DNA of 64,000 nucleotides from Rhizobium sp. (GCA_027533385.1 JAPZUE010000009.1:174486-238485), one strand, 5' to 3'; shown: positions 50,600-58,304, numbered from the stretch's first letter. Notes: a model not told the origin generated them from the letters alone. Translations and numbers: made by a program.

Positions 50600-50613
50600 T
50601 TGACGCAGATCAA
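50600..50613. promoter_or_regulatory. FNR/FixK box upstream of hemA
   Basis: TTGAC-GCAG-ATCAA matches TTGAY-N4-ATCAA. FNR-family control of hemA is established in alphaproteobacteria. Confidence 0.75.
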
Positions 50614-50680
50614 GTTTGCTCCGGCACAATCCGTTAGGATCTATGTGTGAGGATTCTAATGTTCGCGCCATTTGTCGCAG

Positions 50681-50697
50681 TTTAGAATGAATTTACA
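50681..50697. promoter_or_regulatory. Possible Irr iron control element upstream of hemA
   Basis: TTTAGAA-TGA-ATTTACA has a perfect left half and a degenerate right half relative to TTTRGAAYNRTTCYAAA. Confidence 0.35.
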
Positions 50698-50759
50698 AAA
50701 CCGGGCTTGACCCCGACGCCGGAGAGACACAAAAGAGTGTCGTAGACTGGAGTTTAGGC

Positions 50760-51974
50760 ATGGATTTCGAGGCGTTTTTCAAGGATCAGCTCGCGGGGCT
50801 TCACGAGGAAGGCCGGTACCGCGTCTTCGCTGATTTGGAACGCCAGCGTGGCAATTTCCCGCGCGCGACCCGCTACACCGAAAACGGCACCCAGGAAGTC
50901 ACCGTCTGGTGCTCCAACGACTATCTCGGCATGGGGCAGAACCAGCTCGTCATCGATGCCATGAAACAGGCGATCGACGACTGTGGCGCCGGTGCCGGTG
51001 GCACCCGCAATATCTCCGGCACCAATCACTATCACGTCCTGCTCGAGCGCGAGCTCGCCGGCCTTCACAACAAGGAATCGGCGCTGATCTTCACCTCGGG
51101 CTATGTCTCGAACTGGGCGACGCTCGGTACGCTCGGCGCCAAGATCCCGGGCCTGATCATCTTCTCCGACGCCCTGAACCACGCGTCGATGATCGAAGGC
51201 ATTCGCCATTCCAAGGCAGAGCGCGTCATCTGGAAGCACAATGACGTCAAGGACCTCGAAGCCAAGCTCGCCGCTGCCGATCCCAAGGCGCCGAAGCTGA
51301 TCGCGTTCGAAAGCGTCTATTCGATGGACGGCGACATCGCGCCGATCAAGGAAATCTGTGATCTCGCCGACAAGTATGGCGCGATGACCTATCTCGACGA
51401 AGTGCATGCTGTCGGCATGTATGGCGCGCATGGCGGCGGTATTGCCGAACGCGAAGGCCTGATGGATCGCCTGACGATCATCGAAGGCACGCTCGGCAAG
51501 GCCTTTGGCGTGATGGGCGGCTATATCGCTGCCTCGACCGCGCTTTGCGATTTCGTCCGCTCGTTTGCCTCGGGCTTCATCTTTACGACGGCGCTGCCGC
51601 CGGCGCTCGCTGCCGGTGCGGTTGCCTCGATCCGCCATCTGAAGACCAGCCAGGTCGAACGTTTCGCCCATCAGGAGCGCGTGCGTCGTCTGCGTTCCAT
51701 GCTCGACAAGGCCGGCATTCCGCATATGCCGAACCCGAGCCATATCGTGCCGGTCATGGTCGGCGATGCCGCCAAGTGCAAGTGGATCTCCGACCTATTG
51801 CTCGACAACTGTTCCATCTATGTGCAGCCGATCAACTATCCGACGGTCCCGAAAAAGACCGAGCGGCTGCGCATCACTCCGACGCCCCTGCATTCCGACG
51901 CTGATCTCGAACATCTCGTCGGCTCGCTGCACCAGCTCTGGTCGCGTTGCGCGCTGGCGCGTGCGGTGGCTTGA
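50760..51974 (+). CDS. hemA: 5-aminolevulinate synthase
   Basis: [30 protein letters not shown] Lys in GTLGKAFG. Confidence 0.97.
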   Translation: MDFEAFFKDQLAGLHEEGRYRVFADLERQRGNFPRATRYTENGTQEVTVWCSNDYLGMGQNQLVIDAMKQAIDDCGAGAGGTRNISGTNHYHVLLERELAGLHNKESALIFTSGYVSNWATLGTLGAKIPGLIIFSDALNHASMIEGIRHSKAERVIWKHNDVKDLEAKLAAADPKAPKLIAFESVYSMDGDIAPIKEICDLADKYGAMTYLDEVHAVGMYGAHGGGIAEREGLMDRLTIIEGTLGKAFGVMGGYIAASTALCDFVRSFASGFIFTTALPPALAAGAVASIRHLKTSQVERFAHQERVRRLRSMLDKAGIPHMPNPSHIVPVMVGDAAKCKWISDLLLDNCSIYVQPINYPTVPKKTERLRITPTPLHSDADLEHLVGSLHQLWSRCALARAVA

Positions 51975-52002
51975 TCGGGCAGAACCTTCAGAAATGCAAA
52001 TC

Positions 52003-52028
52003 GGGCTGCGGTGACGTGGCCCTTTTTT
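52003..52028 (+). terminator. Intrinsic terminator after hemA
   Basis: GGGCTGC-GGTGAC-GTGGCCC followed by a T-run. Confidence 0.6.
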
Positions 52029-52050
52029 GTTTTGTGGTCTTTTTTTCCTG

Positions 52051-53259
52051 TCAGCCCTTACGCGCTGCGATGACCTCAGCCGCCTTGCGCCTCGCCTCGC
52101 GGTCCGCCGCATAGACGTCGGCGATCGTATCAGCGGGCACGCCTTCGACCATCGCATCCATCACCGTCTCTACCACGTCGGCCATGTCGAGGAAGCGGAT
52201 CTTGTCTTCGACGAAGGCGTTGAAGGCTGTTTCTTCGGCAGCGTTCAGGATGGCGCCCTGCAATCCGCCGCGTTCCAGCGCAGTGCGGGCAAGCCGCAGG
52301 GCCGGGAAGCGTGTTTCATCCGGGGCTTCGAAATCGAGCCTTGCCAGTTTGGCAAAGTCCAGTCGGTCGACATTCAGCGCGGGGCGCTTAGGATAGGTCA
52401 GGGCATAGCCAATGGCGGTGCGCATATCCGGCACGCCGAGCTGGGCGATGACGGAGCCGTCGGTGTAGCCGACCATGGAATGAATGATCGACTGGGGATG
52501 CACGACGACCTCGATCTGATCGGGGCGGACATCGAAGAGGTGCTTGGCCTCGATCATCTCCAGCGCCTTGTTGAACATCGAGGCGCTGCCGACGGAGATC
52601 TTCAGGCCCATCGACCAGTTGGGATGGGTGCGCGCCGTCTGCACCGTGACATTGGCCATCTGCTCGCGTGTGTGGGTGCGGAAGGGGCCGCCCGAGGCTG
52701 TCAGTACGATACGCTCCAGCGCGTGTCGCTGATCTTGCTCCAGACACTGGAAGATCGCCGAGTGCTCACTGTCGACGGGGATCAGCCGTCCGCCGCCCTT
52801 TTTCACCGCCTCGACGAAGAGGTGGCCGGCGGAGACGAGGCACTCCTTGTTGGCAAGCGCGATGTCGGCGCCGCGTGCTGCGGCTCTCAGCGTCGGAGCG
52901 AGGCCGGCGGTGCCGACAATGGCCGCCATCACCCAGCCGGCATCCATATCGGCGGCTTCTTCCAGCCCGCTTGCGCCGGCTGCGACATCCGTGCCTGAGC
53001 CCGCCAGCAGGTCCTTCAATGCCATATACTGGCTTTCGTCGGCGGTGACGGCAAGTTTCGCGCCCGTGCGGCGGGCCTGTTCGGCGAGCAGATCGAGATT
53101 GCCGTTGCCGGTCAGCGCCATGACCTCGAAGCTGTCGCGGCCACCGAGCTGCGCGATGACATCGAGCGTGTTGACGCCGATCGAGCCGGTCGAGCCGAGG
53201 ACTGAAAGGCGGCGGGGCCGGGCACTGTCGATCATGCTGCTTACGTCCGATTGCTTCAT
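52051..53259 (-). CDS. dxr: 1-deoxy-D-xylulose-5-phosphate reductoisomerase
   Basis: LGSTGSIG, LANKE, PVDSEHSAIFQ, HPNWSMGLKIS, NKALEMIEA; alternative start at 53235. Confidence 0.96.
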   Translation of the reverse strand: MKQSDVSSMIDSARPRRLSVLGSTGSIGVNTLDVIAQLGGRDSFEVMALTGNGNLDLLAEQARRTGAKLAVTADESQYMALKDLLAGSGTDVAAGASGLEEAADMDAGWVMAAIVGTAGLAPTLRAAARGADIALANKECLVSAGHLFVEAVKKGGGRLIPVDSEHSAIFQCLEQDQRHALERIVLTASGGPFRTHTREQMANVTVQTARTHPNWSMGLKISVGSASMFNKALEMIEAKHLFDVRPDQIEVVVHPQSIIHSMVGYTDGSVIAQLGVPDMRTAIGYALTYPKRPALNVDRLDFAKLARLDFEAPDETRFPALRLARTALERGGLQGAILNAAEETAFNAFVEDKIRFLDMADVVETVMDAMVEGVPADTIADVYAADREARRKAAEVIAARKG

Positions 53260-53343
53260 GCTCAGAAGGCTCTACAAGGGAAAGAGAAGACCAGCAAGAG
53301 AGGTCGATCTCGACCCCTCGCCAGCCCGCTCGGGAATGAGAGA

Positions 53344-55191
53344 ATGCCGGACATTCTGCAGTCGACACGTTTGCGTGAGAGCCTGCCCGTCCTGCTCGCG
53401 GCGCTTGCCTTTCTCTGTCTTGCCGGCGGCGGCATTCTTGCCTTGACGGACTATCCCGAGCTTGCGCGTCAGGTCTGGCTGGTCGGGGCCGGTTCCGTGC
53501 TTATCGTCCTTGTCATCGATATCCTGCGGGCGCTTCTGAATGGCCGGATGGGCGTCGATGCCATCGCAGCGCTGTCGATTGGCGTTGGCCTGGCCCTTGG
53601 GGAAAATCTCGCTGCTGCCATTGTCGCCGTGATGTATGCCGGTGGCCAATTGCTCGAAAGCTTCGCCGAGGGGCGTGCACGGCGCGACATGACGGCGCTG
53701 CTCGGTCGTGTCTCGCGCACGGCCATGCGTTATCGCGGCGAGACCCTGGAAAGCGTGCCGATCGAGGCGCTCAAGCCGCAGGACCGGATCCTGGTGCGCA
53801 AGGGCGAGGTCGTGCCGGTCGACGGGCGCCTGCTGGCCGCAACGGCCGTCCTCGATCTCTCGGCGCTGACGGGGGAATCGCTGCCCGTGCCCATCCAGAT
53901 GGGCCATGAAGTGCCGAGCGGCTGTACCGTGCTGGGTGATGCCTTCGATCTCCTTGTGCTGCGTGAATCGAAAGAAAGCACCTATGCCGGCATCGTTCGC
54001 CTCGTCGAGCAGGCGCAGGCCAGCCGGGCCCCGATGGCGCGCCTTGCGGACCGTTATGCCCTCGTCTTCCTCGGCATCACGCTGCTTCTTGCGGGCGGCG
54101 CCTGGTGGTGGAGCGGCGAGGCGACGCGGGCGCTCGCCGTGCTCGTGGTCGCCACCCCCTGTCCGCTGATCCTTGCCGTGCCTGTGGCCGTCATTGCCGG
54201 CATGTCGCGCGCCGCCTCGCATGGCGTGCTGGTCAAGACCGCTGGCGCGCTGGAGGCACTGGCTGCGGTCACCACCGTCGTTGTCGACAAGACCGGGACC
54301 GTGACCTCCGCACGGCCCGAAGTGTCGGAGGTCCGTCCGCAACCGGGCTTCACCTCCGATCAGGTGCTGGCACTGGCCGCCTCGCTCGACCAGGCTTCCG
54401 GGCATGTCGCGGCAGAAGCGCTGGTGCGCGCCGCCACCGCGCGGGGCCTTGGCCTCACCCTGCCGCAGGGCGTCATCGAAGAGGCGGGGCGGGGGCTTTC
54501 CGGCCAGGTCGGCGGCGTCAAGGTTGTGCTCGGCGGCAGTGGTTATGTCCGCTCGCAGCTGCTTTCCGGCGAAGACTTTGCCAGAGCCGGTATCGACAGC
54601 GGCACGGCTGTGGTCGCCGTCGGTATTGATGGTCGGGCCGCCGGCCTAATTCTCCTGTCCGATCCGATTCGCGCGGACGCCGGTGATACAATCGGTGCTT
54701 TCAGGGCCGGCGGAGTGCGCCGCATCGTCATGGCCTCCGGGGACCGCACCGATGTGGCGGAGAAGGCCTCGGCCAGTCTCGGCCTCGATGCCGTCGCCGG
54801 AGACCTCGCGCCGGAAGGCAAGGTCGAGCTCATTCGCCGGGAGCGCGCTTCTGGCGTGGTGATGATGGTGGGGGATGGGGTCAATGATGCCCCGGCGCTG
54901 GCCCTGGCCGATGTCGGCGTGGCAATCGGTGCGCGGGGGTCGGCTGCCTCGTCGGAAGCGGCGGATGTGGTGCTGCTGGCGGATGATCTGTCACGTCTGC
55001 CGCTTGCCTGTGGCATCGCGAGGAGGTCCCGCAATATCGCCCGGCAGAGTGCGATTGCCGGGCTTGTTCTCTCGGGCGGCGCCATGGTGCTGGCCGCCTT
55101 GGGCTATCTGACGCCGGTTCAGGGGGCGCTGTTGCAGGAGGTGATCGACGTTGCGGTCATCCTCAATGCCTTGCGCGCGCTTCGCGGCTGA
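53344..55191 (+). CDS. Heavy-metal P-type ATPase, P1B-5 subgroup, without a hemerythrin domain
   Basis: TGES, TPCP, DKTGT, GDGVNDAP, Q-X4-G-X3-S-X3-M (QSAIAGLVLSGGAM), P-X6-QE-X2-D-X5-N (PVQGALLQEVIDVAVILN). Confidence 0.88.
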   Translation: MPDILQSTRLRESLPVLLAALAFLCLAGGGILALTDYPELARQVWLVGAGSVLIVLVIDILRALLNGRMGVDAIAALSIGVGLALGENLAAAIVAVMYAGGQLLESFAEGRARRDMTALLGRVSRTAMRYRGETLESVPIEALKPQDRILVRKGEVVPVDGRLLAATAVLDLSALTGESLPVPIQMGHEVPSGCTVLGDAFDLLVLRESKESTYAGIVRLVEQAQASRAPMARLADRYALVFLGITLLLAGGAWWWSGEATRALAVLVVATPCPLILAVPVAVIAGMSRAASHGVLVKTAGALEALAAVTTVVVDKTGTVTSARPEVSEVRPQPGFTSDQVLALAASLDQASGHVAAEALVRAATARGLGLTLPQGVIEEAGRGLSGQVGGVKVVLGGSGYVRSQLLSGEDFARAGIDSGTAVVAVGIDGRAAGLILLSDPIRADAGDTIGAFRAGGVRRIVMASGDRTDVAEKASASLGLDAVAGDLAPEGKVELIRRERASGVVMMVGDGVNDAPALALADVGVAIGARGSAASSEAADVVLLADDLSRLPLACGIARRSRNIARQSAIAGLVLSGGAMVLAALGYLTPVQGALLQEVIDVAVILNALRALRG

Positions 55192-55278
55192 GGCTTCCCC
55201 TCGAGAAAGCGAGCGGAAGTGCTGGCAGGCAACTCCGATCGGCCATGTTCGTTCCCCGCCGGGCGCGAAATAAAGCCA

Positions 55279-55303
55279 GGAACAAAGGGGTTTGGGGCTG
55301 GTT
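55279..55303 (+). promoter_or_regulatory. EcfG-type (general stress sigma) promoter of the yciF-like gene
   Basis: GGAAC-N16-GGTT lies 40 bp upstream of ATG 55343. A second weaker GCAAC-N16-CGTT lies at 55229-55253. Confidence 0.7.
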
Positions 55304-55342
55304 AGTCAGAGGTAATTCCCAAAACCCGAGGAGATAGCCATC

Positions 55343-55843
55343 ATGGCCACCAAGACACTTGAAGACCTGTTTCACGAGACCCTCAAGGACATCTATTATG
55401 CAGAACGTAAGATCCTGAAGGCTTTGCCGAAGATGGCGCGTGGCGCCCAGGACGAGAAGCTGAAGGCTGCCTTCCTGCAGCACCAGGACGAGACCGAAGG
55501 TCAGGTCGAGCGCCTGCAGCAGGTGTTTGAGATCATAGGCAAACGGCCGCGGGCCAAGACCTGCCCGGCGATCGATGGCATTGTCGAGGAAGGCGAGGAG
55601 ATCATGGAAGAGTTCAAGGGCTCGCCCGCGCTCGACGCCGGACTGCTGGCTGCCGCGCAGGCGGTGGAACACTATGAGATCAGCCGCTATGGGACGCTTC
55701 GCGCCTGGGCCCAGCAGCTCGGCTATACCGACGCCGTTGCCCTGCTCGACCAGACTCTGGCCGAGGAAACGAAGACCGATCAGGCTCTGACGAAGCTTGC
55801 CGAAAAGGCGGTCAATGCCGCTGGCCAGAAAAAGGCTGCGTAA
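55343..55843 (+). CDS. Ferritin-like DUF892/YciF stress protein
   Basis: TLEDLFHETLKDIYYAE, HQDETEGQVERL, AQAVEHYEISRYGTL, EETKTD; RBS GAGGAG. Confidence 0.92.
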   Translation: MATKTLEDLFHETLKDIYYAERKILKALPKMARGAQDEKLKAAFLQHQDETEGQVERLQQVFEIIGKRPRAKTCPAIDGIVEEGEEIMEEFKGSPALDAGLLAAAQAVEHYEISRYGTLRAWAQQLGYTDAVALLDQTLAEETKTDQALTKLAEKAVNAAGQKKAA

Positions 55844-55865
55844 ATCGTCATCATCACTCTGCTAT

Positions 55866-55893
55866 TGGGGCCGGTTCTGCCGGCCCCATTCTT
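55866..55893 (+). terminator. Terminator hairpin after the yciF-like gene
   Basis: TGGGGCCGG-TTCTG-CCGGCCCCA followed by TTCTT. Confidence 0.7.
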
Positions 55894-56028
55894 GTGTGCC
55901 CATTTTGGCGGGCAGTTGTGGGGTTGCTTCCCTATAGCTCGGATCGCCCGTCTTCTGTGAAACCGATCCGGTGGAACTCGCCATATCTGTGGGGCTACCG
56001 GTTGTTCCCCTGAACGGCTCTAACGGCC

Positions 56029-56556
56029 TCATCCGATTGGGTTGTCCGTTCCTGTTTCCCCAAGCTCGCGGCGCAGTTGCTGGCGGGCGCGGCTGAGGCG
56101 GCTTTTGACGGTACCCACGGCGCAGCCGCAGATCTCGGCGGCGTCCTCGTAACGTTCGCCCAGCATGACGATCAGCACCAGCATTTCACGATGATGTTCG
56201 GGGAGGCGGTTCAATGCGCGGCGTACCTCGTCGGCCTGCACCGTCCATTCCTGACTGGCTTCGGTTGTCAGGCGGGCGGTGATCGCGTCTGGCAGGCCCA
56301 CGGTCTCCCGGCTGCTTTTCTTGAAGCGCGTGCAGAAGGTGTTGCGCATGATGGTGAAGAGCCAGGATTTCAGGCGGGTGCCCGGCTCGAATTTGTCGAG
56401 ATTGGCCAGCGCCTTGGTCAGTGTTTCCTGCACCAGGTCGTCGGCCTCTTCGGGTTTATGACAGAACGTTCGCGCAAAGGCGCGCAATGCCGGTATTAAC
56501 TCGACCACTTCAGACTGTGCGACAAGCTCGGCTCTACGGGTCGTCAAGATCGCCAT
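56029..56556 (-). CDS. ECF sigma factor, EcfG/ECF15 type
   Basis: IPALRAFAR, ADDLVQETL, FEPGTRLKSWLFTIMRN, YEDAAEICGCAVGTVKSRLSRAR. The start may be TTG 56547 given the GGAGG spacing. Confidence 0.88.
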   Translation of the reverse strand: MAILTTRRAELVAQSEVVELIPALRAFARTFCHKPEEADDLVQETLTKALANLDKFEPGTRLKSWLFTIMRNTFCTRFKKSSRETVGLPDAITARLTTEASQEWTVQADEVRRALNRLPEHHREMLVLIVMLGERYEDAAEICGCAVGTVKSRLSRARQQLRRELGETGTDNPIG

Positions 56557-56593
56557 CCTCCGATGTCTGTGGTACCTGGCACAACGACGCGAA

Positions 56594-56618
56594 AACGCGT
56601 GTCAGATGCCTTGGTTCC
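56594..56618 (-). promoter_or_regulatory. EcfG-type promoter of the sigma gene (auto- or cross-regulation)
   Basis: The minus strand reads GGAAC-caaggcatctgacacg-CGTT, the canonical GGAAC-N16-CGTT. Confidence 0.8.
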
Positions 56619-56653
56619 CGTAAATGTAAGCGGTCGGCGAAACCCGGATGCTG

Positions 56654-56791
56654 TCAGCTACGGCTCGCGAACTTGCTGAAGCGGCTCCGCTTGCCGTCTC
56701 CGGTCCGGTCCTGGTGGAGGAAGGCAAGATCGCGCTCTTCGATCCACCTGTGTATCTCGCCATGATCCGTCGTCTGGCGCGCACTGCTCAT
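56654..56791 (-). CDS. Unannotated 45-aa small ORF, apparently an internally deleted member of a small acidic stress-protein family
   Basis: Hand translation: MSSARQTTDHGEIHRWIEERDLAFLHQDRTGDGKRSRFSKFASRS. It lies downstream of a GGAAC-N16-CGTT promoter and is below the ORF-track size cutoff. Confidence 0.65.
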   Translation of the reverse strand: MSSARQTTDHGEIHRWIEERDLAFLHQDRTGDGKRSRFSKFASRS

Positions 56792-56833
56792 GGGACATCT
56801 CGCTCTTTGTCGTTCTCCTCCAGATCCTGAAGG

Positions 56834-56860
56834 GGAACGCCGCTTTGCCTTTGTGGTTCC
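56834..56860. promoter_or_regulatory. Overlapping bidirectional EcfG-type promoter
   Basis: Plus strand: GGAAC(56834-38)-N16-GGTT(56855-58). Minus strand: GGAAC(56860-56)-N16-CGTT(56839-36). Confidence 0.7.
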
Positions 56861-56884
56861 CGGGCTGGATCGGCTTTTTCAGAC

Positions 56885-56909
56885 GGAACACTCGGCGTGT
56901 CTGGCGGTT
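56885..56909 (+). promoter_or_regulatory. Second EcfG-type promoter upstream of ORF 56949
   Basis: GGAAC-actcggcgtgtctggc-GGTT, 40 bp before ATG 56949. Confidence 0.7.
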
Positions 56910-56948
56910 CTCTCCCTCTGACGGTTCCAGCCAAGCGAGAGCAAGATC

Positions 56949-57281
56949 ATGACATATGTGCAGAATGCCGACGGCCAGGGGCAGTTGCTGATCGGCGAGC
57001 GGGTCGCGCCGATCAGTTATCACGTTGCGGTCGAGCGAGAAGGAAACGGGTATGCTGCAACGGTCGAGATGCAAGCACCGCGCGACTGGTTGATCCGACA
57101 GGGCTTCGACAGACGGGCCACACTCGTTCTCGCCTCCGGTGAGCGGGCAGAGATCGAAGTCAACGACCGGCTCGACGTGTCCGACAGCGTCAAGGTCGTC
57201 TTGCGCACCGATAGGCTCGAATACCCAGATTGCGGCAAACTCGTCGATGCGTTTCCGGAACTTGAAAGCAGCGAAACCTGA
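56949..57281 (+). CDS. Hypothetical 110-aa beta-rich protein
   Basis: RBS-like GAGAG upstream, tandem EcfG-type promoters, protein-like composition. No family recognised. Confidence 0.7.
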   Translation: MTYVQNADGQGQLLIGERVAPISYHVAVEREGNGYAATVEMQAPRDWLIRQGFDRRATLVLASGERAEIEVNDRLDVSDSVKVVLRTDRLEYPDCGKLVDAFPELESSET

Positions 57282-57398
57282 GCCTGAGGCGTCGTGGTCG
57301 TGCCCAATGTCTGATCCGAAAGCGTCACTGCGGCGTAGACCGGGTACGATCCCAAGTTAGCCGCCCCAGACAGCAATGCTCTCAAGTCGGAGATCCAC

Positions 57399-57587
57399 AT
57401 GGAAGAACTGAAAGCCTCGCAGCCGGAGACAAGACGCGACAGGACGGGCGGGATCGTGCGCGACAAGCTGGACCTGCTGATGGCCGAGATGCGTCGCGAG
57501 GACGTTCCCTCCCATCTGATCACGCTGGCGGAAGAGCTTCAATCGGCTCTGGACGAGAAGATCGCGGCCGCCAAACCGACGCCCTGA
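57399..57587 (+). CDS. NepR-like anti-sigma factor candidate
   Basis: 62 aa; IVRDKLDLLMAEMRREDVPSHLITLAEEL fits the NepR helix-E-x-VP-helix pattern. GGAG upstream; close to an EcfG-type sigma. Confidence 0.55.
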   Translation: MEELKASQPETRRDRTGGIVRDKLDLLMAEMRREDVPSHLITLAEELQSALDEKIAAAKPTP

Positions 57588-57803
57588 ACCAGACTGAAGC
57601 GATGCTGTGCGCCCGGATGGTCTCAACACCTTTGCGAACGGCATAAAGACCGGATCTGAGCGGCAATGCCCGTGGCCCGGCGGTCGTGCTGCTCATGCCT
57701 GGTGAAGCGGTTTATTCGCGATCTTCAGACACGATCCACTGTTATGACCCGGACGCATCAATTCTGATGCCGCCACTGGTTGCCCTCAGGTCGCCCCGGG
57801 GCT

Positions 57804-58031
57804 TCAGAGAAAGCTGCCTTCACTGGGGTTGTAACGCTTGCCATTGGCAATGCTTGCCAGCTCGACGAGATCGTCCTCGTTGCGGATGCCGCTTTTCACG
57901 AGATAGCTGACAAAGGCTTCCGCATTCTTCTGCACGTGCCTGTCGGCATGCTTTCGCTCGTACAGGCGCCGTACGGCGCGTTCGACGATTGCGGTCTCAT
58001 CCTGGGTCTTGCCGGGGGGTGTCGATGCCAT
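57804..58031 (-). CDS. Hypothetical 75-aa helical protein
   Basis: MASTPPGKTQDETAIVERAVRRLYE...; strong RBS GGAGGGAA upstream of ATG 58031. Confidence 0.65.
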   Translation of the reverse strand: MASTPPGKTQDETAIVERAVRRLYERKHADRHVQKNAEAFVSYLVKSGIRNEDDLVELASIANGKRYNPSEGSFL

Positions 58032-58162
58032 AGCATTCCCTCCGTTCGAGGCCGACGATAAAAAGGATAACCACCCGTCGGCTTGGCATGGAACCATCAT
58101 GCCGCATAACAATCCAAACGCAACCCTAGATTCGCAAGGACGAAATCTGACCGGTGGGAGAG

Positions 58163-58239
58163 TGGTGATCCCGACGCGATTCGAACGCGTGACCCTCAGA
58201 TTAGGAATCTGATGCTCTATCCTGCTGAGCTACGGGACC
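58163..58239 (-). tRNA. tRNA-Arg (anticodon CCT)
   Basis: The minus strand reads GGTCCCGTAGCTCAGCAGGATAGAGCATCAGATTCCTAATCTGAGGGTCACGCGTTCGAATCGCGTCGGGATCACCA: cloverleaf, TTCGAA T-loop, encoded CCA. Confidence 0.97.
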
Positions 58240-58304
58240 ACTCTTCTCCTCCATACAAAAGCACAGGCTTCAAGCCAAGCGGTTTTGCTGCCGTCGACCT
58301 GGCT

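Noticed and set aside
55973-56008. Extra GGAAC/GTTCC pentamers downstream of the sigma gene, and one at 58090
   Set aside because: There is no NGTT at 16-17 nt spacing, so they were not counted as promoters.
57590-57800. Possible small gene or sRNA between the NepR-like gene and the 75-aa ORF
   Set aside because: Short frames lack an RBS or recognisable motifs, and no convincing promoter or terminator was seen.
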